38,318 nucleotides of DNA from Actinomycetota bacterium. GTDB taxonomy: Bacteria > Actinomycetota > Humimicrobiia > Humimicrobiales > Humimicrobiaceae. Every line of letters starts with the position of its first letter. The stretch's first letter is position 1. Below are positions 17,356-25,051 of this stretch, one piece after another. The translations under genes were made by a program, and so were the position numbers. Under the pieces are notes generated by a model, which was given only the letters and a program-made list of their open reading frames with translations, made no database searches and was not told where the DNA came from. Where the stretch lies: positions 1 through 38,318 of the forward strand of contig PWSB01000237.1 in NCBI GenBank assembly GCA_003563375.1, in the 5' to 3' direction.

Positions 17356-18483
17356 ATGAAAGCATTAGCCAAAACGGAAAAAATATTATTATATGACCGT
17401 TCAGACCCTTTAGAGCTGGATTGTGGTGCTGAGCTGCCCAATGTGGAAGTTGCCTTTGAGACCTACGGCAAGCTTAACAGCAGGGCAACTAATGCTATTC
17501 TCATCTTTCATGCTCTTTCAGGAGATGCCCATGCAGCTTTTTACCATACAAAGGATGATAAAAAACCAGGCTGGGGGGATTTTATGATCGGCCAGGGGAA
17601 ACCCTTCGATACCGAGAAATATTTTATAATTTGCGCCAATGTGCTTGGCGGCTGCAAAGGCAGCACTGGCCCGTCTTCAACCAATCCTGATACCGGCAAA
17701 CCTTACGGCACGTCATTTCCTCCAATAACTATTTCTGATATGTTAAAGCCCCAAAAAAAATTAATAGAGTATTTGGGAATCAAGAGACTATTGTGCACCG
17801 CAGGGGGTTCGATGGGAGGGATGCAGGCCCTGCAATGGGCTGTAAATTATCCTTCAAGTCTAGAGGGTGCCATAATCATAGCCACCTCCCCCACCCATAC
17901 TGCCCAGGCTATAGCTTTTAACAGCGTAGGAAGGTATGCAATACTATCAGACCCCAATTGGAAAACTGGGGATTATTACCATAATGGATCAAGGCCACTT
18001 ATTGGCCTAAAGACTGCAAGGATGATAGGACATATTACTTATCTTGGCCAGTTATCTATGGAAGAAAAGTTTGGAAGGAAAATACAGGAAGGAAAAGGCT
18101 GCAGCAAAATCGATTTTTCCAAGGAATTTGAAGTGGAAAGCTATTTACAATACCAGGGAGATTCTTTTGTTAAAAGATTTGACCCTAATTCCTATCTCTA
18201 TATTACAAAAGCCATTGATGCCTTTGATATTTACAATGGCAAAAAAAACCTTGCCCAGGCATTAAAGAATGTTCAGGCCAAAACAATGGTGATCTCTTTT
18301 ACTTCTGATTGGCTGTATCCAAAGGAAGAATCCTTAAAAATAGTAAAGGCCCTAAAGATAAATAGCATAGACACTGCTTACTGTAATATAGACTCGCCTT
18401 ACGGCCATGATTCCTTCCTTGTCGATTTGCCTAAATTCAAGGATGCGGTAAAGGGTTTCCTAAAAGCCTTGGGGGATAGATGA
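17356..18483 (+). CDS. metX: Homoserine O-acetyltransferase
   Basis: It is an alpha/beta hydrolase with the nucleophile elbow GGSMGGMQALQW and a C-terminal GHDSFL block. Confidence 0.9.
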   Translation: MKALAKTEKILLYDRSDPLELDCGAELPNVEVAFETYGKLNSRATNAILIFHALSGDAHAAFYHTKDDKKPGWGDFMIGQGKPFDTEKYFIICANVLGGCKGSTGPSSTNPDTGKPYGTSFPPITISDMLKPQKKLIEYLGIKRLLCTAGGSMGGMQALQWAVNYPSSLEGAIIIATSPTHTAQAIAFNSVGRYAILSDPNWKTGDYYHNGSRPLIGLKTARMIGHITYLGQLSMEEKFGRKIQEGKGCSKIDFSKEFEVESYLQYQGDSFVKRFDPNSYLYITKAIDAFDIYNGKKNLAQALKNVQAKTMVISFTSDWLYPKEESLKIVKALKINSIDTAYCNIDSPYGHDSFLVDLPKFKDAVKGFLKALGDR

Positions 18484-19058
18484 CACATCCTATTTTCTTA
18501 GAATGGATAGAAAATAATTCAAAGGTCTTGGTTCTTGGCTGCGGCTCGGGTGAAATACAGCAAGAGCTTATCTCACATAGAAAGGCAAGTTGTTTTGGGC
18601 TGGACATCTCTGAAACAAAAGTACTGGCATCCATCTCAAAAGGCTTATCAGTTATCCAGGGTGACATAAATAAGGATTTGGATGATTACCCCCCCGCTTT
18701 TTTTGATTATGTCCTGGCTGATGATATCCTCCAGCTGACCCATGAACCAAAAAAAGTAATAAGGGATATTTTGACCATTGGGAAAAAGGCAATAGTAAGT
18801 TTTCCCAATTTTGCATATATAAAGATACGATTATCCATACTGTTTACTGGAAAGATGCCAAAGACTGAAATATTGCCTTATGACTGGTATGAGACCCCTA
18901 ATATTCATCTTTTTACAGTAAAAGACTTTCTTCAATTCTGCAGGGATGAAAAAATCCATGTTTTAGATTATATTTATACGGTCAGCCAAGGAAAAAGGAC
19001 AGTAAATTTTGCACCTAATCTGACTTCAGAATTTGCATACTTCCTTTTGGAAAAATAA
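18480..19058 (+). CDS. metW: Methionine biosynthesis protein MetW
   Basis: It has the SAM-MTase-like VLVLGCGSGE motif and ...LSVIQGD..., and shows MetW family architecture. Its start overlaps the metX stop (ATGA). Confidence 0.85.
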   Translation: MTHPIFLEWIENNSKVLVLGCGSGEIQQELISHRKASCFGLDISETKVLASISKGLSVIQGDINKDLDDYPPAFFDYVLADDILQLTHEPKKVIRDILTIGKKAIVSFPNFAYIKIRLSILFTGKMPKTEILPYDWYETPNIHLFTVKDFLQFCRDEKIHVLDYIYTVSQGKRTVNFAPNLTSEFAYFLLEK

Positions 19059-19484
19059 TCATGCCCAGCCTTTAGGGGTGCTTATCCTAAAGCTTTTTTT
19101 AGCCAATAATTCAAATAAATCATGCATTTTATCTTTGTTAAAATAAAAAAGATGGCTGCTGCATCCACAGTCTGAGGAACCGAACCCAGGACAACCATGA
19201 AATCTTTGAGCCACTAGCTTGGCTGTTGGGCATTCAATTTTTATTGTAGATTCTTTATATAAGATATAATCCAGTCTGATACTGCCGCTGTTGAGCAAAT
19301 AATCTATATGCCAGTATAATTTTTTCTTATCAGCCAAATGCCTTGTTAGCCTGCTCTTTAAACCTTTCATCGCCGAACCGATATAAGCATACCCTCCTGG
19401 ATCAAATTGTATTAGTCGCAGTTTTCCAATAACGGTTGAGAATTTTTCCGTACAGGATAGAACCAGGCAGTAAGTGCCCTTCAT
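19059..19484 (-). CDS. DUF123 / GIY-YIG (Uri) superfamily nuclease-like protein
   Basis: It has GTYCLVL...GGYAYIGSA...LKSRLTRH...KKLYWHIDYLL. The ATG at 19484 forms an ATGA overlap with the upstream ORF's stop, so I prefer it over the track start at 19526. Confidence 0.65.
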   Translation of the reverse strand: MKGTYCLVLSCTEKFSTVIGKLRLIQFDPGGYAYIGSAMKGLKSRLTRHLADKKKLYWHIDYLLNSGSIRLDYILYKESTIKIECPTAKLVAQRFHGCPGFGSSDCGCSSHLFYFNKDKMHDLFELLAKKSFRISTPKGWA

Positions 19485-19909
19485 TTCTTGAGGATCCTGG
19501 TAAGGGTCACTAATGTTTTCATGCATGCGGTTTTGCCTGTCTTAGCATAATTTATAATGGGTATTATCTTATCATTGTTTAAAGAAATATAGTGCAGACT
19601 GCATATCCATTTACCCTCAATGAATTCCAGTGACATTTTTTTAAGATTAGGAGTGATTTCCATTATAGAAGATAATACTTGGGTCAGGTTAGGCACCCAT
19701 ATAAGATCTTTTTTTTCTAGTTCAAAACTTGAATCAAAATTGGGCACCCAGACCCTGCATTTCTCTTCTTTGCCCCAGCCTGAGATCTTTTCTAAAAAAA
19801 CAAAAAGATCCTGTGAGAGAGCCAGAAAACGGTCGCCGGCATTCCACTTGCATAAAACCTGTATTTCTTTATTTTTGCAAAGGTTGATATATTTTTGAGA
19901 GATCTCCAT
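19481..19909 (-). CDS. Hypothetical protein (142 aa), no family recognised
   Basis: The ORF is bracketed by translational-coupling overlaps: TAATG with the lipA stop, and ATGA with the DUF123 gene. Confidence 0.5.
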   Translation of the reverse strand: MEISQKYINLCKNKEIQVLCKWNAGDRFLALSQDLFVFLEKISGWGKEEKCRVWVPNFDSSFELEKKDLIWVPNLTQVLSSIMEITPNLKKMSLEFIEGKWICSLHYISLNNDKIIPIINYAKTGKTACMKTLVTLTRILKK

Positions 19910-20778
19910 TATTTTCCTTCAGCTGCTTTTTTTAATAGGAGGGATGCCTTATAAGAAGAACGGACAAATGCCCCGCTTATCACATTTTTTATTCCCGCCA
20001 TTTCTGCTAACTCTCTCAATTCTTCATATTCTTCGTTTGAATAATATTTTGTTACATTAATATTATTTCTGGTAGGGCTAAGATATTGGCCTATAGTCAC
20101 CATATCACAGTCAACCTCGTGGAGATCTTTTAGGAGTAAGCCAACCTCGTCCATGGTCTCCCCAAGGCCTACCATAAAACCCGATTTGGTATAAAGTCCT
20201 TTTTTGATTTTTTTAGCTTCTTTCAATATTTCGAGGGAAGCCCTGTAGTCTGCTCCCGGCCTTATTTTGCTATAATTCCTCTCTATAGTCTCAATATTAT
20301 GGTTTAAAACAGAGATAGGTTGAGAGACTATCGTCCTTAAGCTTTCTTTGTTTCCTCCAAAATCTGGTATCAGGCATTCGATCAGGCAGCCTGGTATCCT
20401 TTTTTTTATCTCTTTTACGGTTAGAGAAAAATGTTGTGCGCCACCATCTGCTATATCATCCCTTGTGACTGAAGTAAGGACCACATATCTTAAACCCATT
20501 TTGCTTGCTGTAATACCAATATTTACAGGCTCATTTTCGTCCAAAGGTAAGGTTTTTTTGGAATCGATACTGCAAAAGGCACAATTTCTTGAACACCTAT
20601 CCCCCATAAGGAGAAAAGTGGCGCTCCTTTTGCTAAAACACTCAAAGATATTAGGGCAATTTGCGCTCTGGCAAACAGTATGCAGGTTTGATTCCTCTAT
20701 CAGGCTTTTTACTTCCTTGATAACATTATTGTCCAGGCTTAATCTTTTTTTAAGCCAATCAGGTCTGTGGTCCGACAA
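19909..20778 (-). CDS. lipA: Lipoyl synthase (radical SAM)
   Basis: It has the auxiliary cluster CQSANCPNIFEC and the radical-SAM CSRNCAFC motif. Confidence 0.9.
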   Translation of the reverse strand: MSDHRPDWLKKRLSLDNNVIKEVKSLIEESNLHTVCQSANCPNIFECFSKRSATFLLMGDRCSRNCAFCSIDSKKTLPLDENEPVNIGITASKMGLRYVVLTSVTRDDIADGGAQHFSLTVKEIKKRIPGCLIECLIPDFGGNKESLRTIVSQPISVLNHNIETIERNYSKIRPGADYRASLEILKEAKKIKKGLYTKSGFMVGLGETMDEVGLLLKDLHEVDCDMVTIGQYLSPTRNNINVTKYYSNEEYEELRELAEMAGIKNVISGAFVRSSYKASLLLKKAAEGK

Positions 20779-21637
20779 TTTTACCGATAATCCTATCCAG
20801 GTCCTTTATGGTGCCAAAACCGACCTCTATCCTGCCTTTTTTCTTATTTATCTTTATTTTTACTGGTGCATCCAGGTAGGAAGAAAGCCTGTTTGAAAGT
20901 TCTGGAAGTTTTGAAGGCTGGATAACCCTATTATCATTATCCTGGGTACCCTTATTTTTTTGTGCATCTACAAGCTTTTCCACATCTCTGACGCTTAGGC
21001 TCTTTTTGGTGATGGTCTCCGCGAGCCTCAGCTGGTCTTTTTTGTCTTCTAGTGCAATAAGGCACCTGGCATGGCCAGCGCTCATTTTTTGCTCATCCAC
21101 TAGCTTTTGGACTTCTACGGGGAGAGACAGAAGCCTTATAAAATTAGTTATGGTTGCCCTGCTTTTTCCTACCTTCTGTGAAAGCTGGTCATGGGTGATG
21201 TCAAACTCATCTATAAGCTGCTTGAAAGTAAAAGCCAATTCTATGGGGCTTAAATCATCGCGGTGAATATTTTCAATCAAGGCCATCTCAACCGATGCAG
21301 TATCGTCTACATCTTTTGCGATCATGCATGGAATATTATCCATCCCTGCCAGCTTGGAGGCCCTATATCTTCTCTCCCCTGCAATGATCTCATATTTTTC
21401 TTCATAGCCATCAAGGCTTCTGACCAATATAGGCTGCATCACCCCGAATTCTTTTATGGAATCAGAAAGTTCAGCCAAAGAATCATCCTTAAAACTTTGT
21501 CTTGGCTGGTTTTTATTAGGGACTATATTAGATAAAGGAATTTCTATTACCCTGAACCTATCAGTGTTTTGTTTTTGTTTAGAGCTTGGAATCAGTGCCT
21601 CAAGTCCCCTGCCTAATCCTCTTCTTGCCATTTTCAA
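20759..21637 (-). CDS. parB: Chromosome partitioning protein ParB/Spo0J
   Basis: It has GLGRGLEALI, the GERRYRA arginine patch and a central HTH. Confidence 0.9.
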   Translation of the reverse strand: MKMARRGLGRGLEALIPSSKQKQNTDRFRVIEIPLSNIVPNKNQPRQSFKDDSLAELSDSIKEFGVMQPILVRSLDGYEEKYEIIAGERRYRASKLAGMDNIPCMIAKDVDDTASVEMALIENIHRDDLSPIELAFTFKQLIDEFDITHDQLSQKVGKSRATITNFIRLLSLPVEVQKLVDEQKMSAGHARCLIALEDKKDQLRLAETITKKSLSVRDVEKLVDAQKNKGTQDNDNRVIQPSKLPELSNRLSSYLDAPVKIKINKKKGRIEVGFGTIKDLDRIIGKIVGPQT

Positions 21638-22469
21638 TCACTTCCTTTGTCAAATTTTTATATGCCTGTGCTCCCTTGCATCCAGAGTCATAGATCATAA
21701 TTGGCTGCCCATAGCTTGGTGCTTCGCTTAATCTAACATTTCTTGGAATAATTGTTTCGAAGACTTTTTCCTTAAAATATTTCTTGACTTCATCCAACAC
21801 CTGTTCGGCAAGCTTTATCCTGGCATCGTACATGGTCATCACTGCGCCCGTGATCTTCAGATCTTCATTTAGGTTGCCTTTTACCAGGTTAATAGTATTT
21901 ATCAGCTGTCCCAGACCCTCCAGGGCATAATATTCACACTGGATAGGTATTAAAACCTCCTTTGAGGCAGTCAAAGCATTTATAGTCAAAAGGCCTAAAG
22001 CAGGAGGACAGTCTATAATTACGAAGTTGAACCTATCTTTTACTTTATCTAAACCTTTTTTTAGCTTGTATTCCCTTTTCATTCCAGAGACCATCTCCAC
22101 CTCAGCACCTGCTAGCTCTATGGAGGAAGGAAGTAGTTTTAGATTCTCATATTCGGTATCTAGGATTAAATTAGAAGGATCTTCATCTTCAATAAGTATT
22201 TCATAAACGGACCCTGTTATTTTTTCTGTTTTTACTCCTATGCCACTGGTAGAATTGCTTTGAGGGTCCAGATCTATCAACAGGGTTTTATAGCCTTCAG
22301 CTGCAAGATACGCCGCTAAATTGACCGCAGTGGTGCTTTTGCCAACTCCTCCTTTTTGGTTAGCAATGGCTATGATTCTGCATTCTTGTTCATTGCCCGG
22401 ATCATTTCTGATAATTTTTTTCCTCCCAAACAGCTTTTTAAGCAGTTGCATAAACATACAATTATTCAA
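21600..22469 (-). CDS. parA: Chromosome partitioning ATPase ParA/Soj
   Basis: It has the deviant Walker A NQKGGVGKSTT. The track start at 22469 is a TTG overlapping the rsmG stop. In-frame ATGs at 22457 and 22451 are alternatives. Confidence 0.9.
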   Translation of the reverse strand: MNNCMFMQLLKKLFGRKKIIRNDPGNEQECRIIAIANQKGGVGKSTTAVNLAAYLAAEGYKTLLIDLDPQSNSTSGIGVKTEKITGSVYEILIEDEDPSNLILDTEYENLKLLPSSIELAGAEVEMVSGMKREYKLKKGLDKVKDRFNFVIIDCPPALGLLTINALTASKEVLIPIQCEYYALEGLGQLINTINLVKGNLNEDLKITGAVMTMYDARIKLAEQVLDEVKKYFKEKVFETIIPRNVRLSEAPSYGQPIMIYDSGCKGAQAYKNLTKEVIENGKKRIRQGT

Positions 22470-23197
22470 ATGGGTTTGCCGGGTTCCCTTTTGATCTTAG
22501 CAAATTTTCGAGGGTATCCTGGTGAGGTAAGAAATTTTTTCCTTATCTCTAGAAAAACCCTGAACTCGGTAAAATCCGGTATGTTTGCTTCATGCAAACC
22601 TACAATTTCTCCTCCCAGCAGTTTAATAAAATCTTTATTCTTATCTATTTCCTCAAAAACCCTAAGGCTTTTATAAAATATTATTTTACCATTTATTTTA
22701 GAAAATGGAATTACTAATTCCAGCAATATGCTAAAATCAGTGACGGCTCTTGCCAATACAATGTCATAGGCCTCCCTGTGTTTTTTATCTTTTGCCAGCT
22801 GTTCTGCCCGGCCTCTAAGGGCTACAACATTTTCCAAGCAAAGGGTGTCTATTGCTCTATTTAAGAAATCTATTTTTTTTGATGATTTATCCATAAGGCA
22901 GACCTTCTTATCCGGAAGGAACAAGGAAAGGAGAAGGCCTGGAAGTCCTCCCCCGCTGCCTATGTCTATGAGCCGGTAACTGCCTAAAAAGAACCTTTCT
23001 TTGTGGGCCAATATCGATAATGAATCCAAAAAATGCCTTAAAAATATTTGATCCTTTTCCTTGGTCCCTATTAAATTGGTTCTTTTATTGGCTTCAAACA
23101 ATATGTCCAAGTATAACAATGTTTTTAAAACCGCCTTGGGTGGCGGTTTTATCTCCATTTCATTTAAAAAATTATTGATCTTTTTTCTGTAATCCAA
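22466..23197 (-). CDS. rsmG: 16S rRNA m7G527 methyltransferase RsmG (GidB)
   Basis: It has the NLIGT...HFLDSL and IDIGSGGGLPGL SAM motifs, and sits in the conserved position after mnmG. Confidence 0.9.
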   Translation of the reverse strand: MDYRKKINNFLNEMEIKPPPKAVLKTLLYLDILFEANKRTNLIGTKEKDQIFLRHFLDSLSILAHKERFFLGSYRLIDIGSGGGLPGLLLSLFLPDKKVCLMDKSSKKIDFLNRAIDTLCLENVVALRGRAEQLAKDKKHREAYDIVLARAVTDFSILLELVIPFSKINGKIIFYKSLRVFEEIDKNKDFIKLLGGEIVGLHEANIPDFTEFRVFLEIRKKFLTSPGYPRKFAKIKREPGKPI

Positions 23198-23200
23198 TGC

Positions 23201-25051
23201 TTACTTCCTTCTTAGGTTAAGCAATAAAATGGATATATCCGAAGGAGATACACCTGCTATCCTGGAAGCCTGCCCAAGGGTGTTTGGCCTTTTTCTCGAC
23301 AATTTTTCTTGAGCCCCATAGGTCAACCCCTTAAATCTAAAATAATCTATATTGGAGGGAATGGCAAATTTTTCAAGCTTTTTAGTTTTTTTTATTTCCT
23401 CAAACTGGCGGTTAATATACCCTTCATATTTTATGATTATCTCTGCTTGTTTCCATACCCCGTCGCCATAACCATTGCTGGCATGATCCAGCCAGTATTT
23501 GATATCCCCTATGTTAACCTGTGGCCTTTTAAAGAGGTCGTATAGCCTGATGGGTTCTTTTAGCTTAAGGTTTGGTCTGTATCTATTTGCTTTTTGGGGT
23601 TTAATCGTTATATTTTTTAGAAGTTTTATCAGGGAATCTATAGCCTGCTGCTTCTTTAATGTCTTCTGATGGGCTTCTTTTTCAAGAAAGCCTGCTTCAA
23701 ACCCCAGGGTTGCTAGCCTGAGGTCTGCATTATCAGATCTCAAAAACAACCTATACTCTGCCCTTGAGGTATACATCCTGTAGGGCTCACTGAGGTCTTT
23801 TGTGATAAGATCATCTATTAAGACTCCTATATAGCTTGTATCCCTTGTCAATATCAGGGGTTTTTTGCCCAAGATTTTCAAGGATGCATTAGCTCCGGCT
23901 ACAAAACCCTGCACAGCGGCTTCTTCATATCCCGAGGTTCCATTGATCTGGCCAGCAAAATAAAGATTCTCTATCAGCTTGGATTCCAGGGTATAGTTTA
24001 ACTGGCAGGGTATTAGGTAGTCATATTCTACTGCATAGCCCGGCCTTATGATGCTTGCTTTCTCCAGTCCTTCTACTGTATTTACTATTTTTTCCTGCAG
24101 GTAGAAAGGCATGCTGGTGGTAAGTCCCTGTAGGTACATCTCGTTTGTGTGAACCCCTTCAGGTTCAATAAATACAGGATGTTTATGTTTTTGGGGAAAA
24201 TTTAGGACTTTTCTGTCAATTGAGGGGCAATGCCTTGGCCCATGGGTATTAATTATGCCTGATCTTATAGGAGAATACTTTATATTTTGGGCTATTAAAT
24301 CATGTGTTTTACTATTGGTATATGTTAGAAAGCTTGGAATATTTGCTCTTTCTCCCCTTTTGGGACAAGCCCAAAAAGAAAAACTACCAGCTTCCTCATC
24401 ACCTGAGCTGATAATAGTCTTTGAAAAATCTATGCTTCTTTTATCCACTCTGGGCGGTGTGGCGGTTTGAAACCTGTCCATCTCAAAACCAAGGCTGGTG
24501 AGGCTTTTGGTCAGGTTCATGGCAGGGTTCTCTCCCATTCTTCCTGCATAATAGTCCTTATCCCCTATTATTATCCTTCCCCTCAAAAAGGTCCCGCTAG
24601 TGATTATCACAGCTTTAGCCAAAAATTGCATTCCGTCTTCGGTTAGTACTCCTTTTACCTTTATACCGTCGACTAAAAGCTTAGCAACCGTTCCCTGTTT
24701 TAATAAAATGTTATCTGTAGTTTCTAAAAGATGCTTCATCAAGGTCTCATATTCTTTTTTATCTATCTGGGTTCTCAAAGCCTGGACTGCCGGCCCTTTT
24801 TTTTGATTTAATAATTTGAACTGTATACCTGCTAGGTCAGCAATTTTGCCCATCTGCCCCCCCATTGCATCCAATTCTTTTATAAGCTGGCTTTTGCCCA
24901 TCCCTCCTATTGCGGGATTGCAGGGCATAAGGGCTACTTTGTCTAGATTTATGGTAAGAAGAAGAGTATTTAATTTTAATCGGGCACAAGCAAAGGCTGC
25001 TTCACATCCTGCATGGCCTGCTCCTATAACTATTACATCATACATGGTCAT
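23201..25051 (-). CDS. mnmG: tRNA uridine-5-carboxymethylaminomethyl synthesis enzyme MnmG (GidA), copy A (616 aa)
   Basis: It has YDVIVIGAGHAGCEAA, MPCNPAIGG, HGPRHCPSID and GQINGTSGYEEAAVQG. Its start overlaps the copy B stop (ATGA). Confidence 0.9.
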   Translation of the reverse strand: MTMYDVIVIGAGHAGCEAAFACARLKLNTLLLTINLDKVALMPCNPAIGGMGKSQLIKELDAMGGQMGKIADLAGIQFKLLNQKKGPAVQALRTQIDKKEYETLMKHLLETTDNILLKQGTVAKLLVDGIKVKGVLTEDGMQFLAKAVIITSGTFLRGRIIIGDKDYYAGRMGENPAMNLTKSLTSLGFEMDRFQTATPPRVDKRSIDFSKTIISSGDEEAGSFSFWACPKRGERANIPSFLTYTNSKTHDLIAQNIKYSPIRSGIINTHGPRHCPSIDRKVLNFPQKHKHPVFIEPEGVHTNEMYLQGLTTSMPFYLQEKIVNTVEGLEKASIIRPGYAVEYDYLIPCQLNYTLESKLIENLYFAGQINGTSGYEEAAVQGFVAGANASLKILGKKPLILTRDTSYIGVLIDDLITKDLSEPYRMYTSRAEYRLFLRSDNADLRLATLGFEAGFLEKEAHQKTLKKQQAIDSLIKLLKNITIKPQKANRYRPNLKLKEPIRLYDLFKRPQVNIGDIKYWLDHASNGYGDGVWKQAEIIIKYEGYINRQFEEIKKTKKLEKFAIPSNIDYFRFKGLTYGAQEKLSRKRPNTLGQASRIAGVSPSDISILLLNLRRK

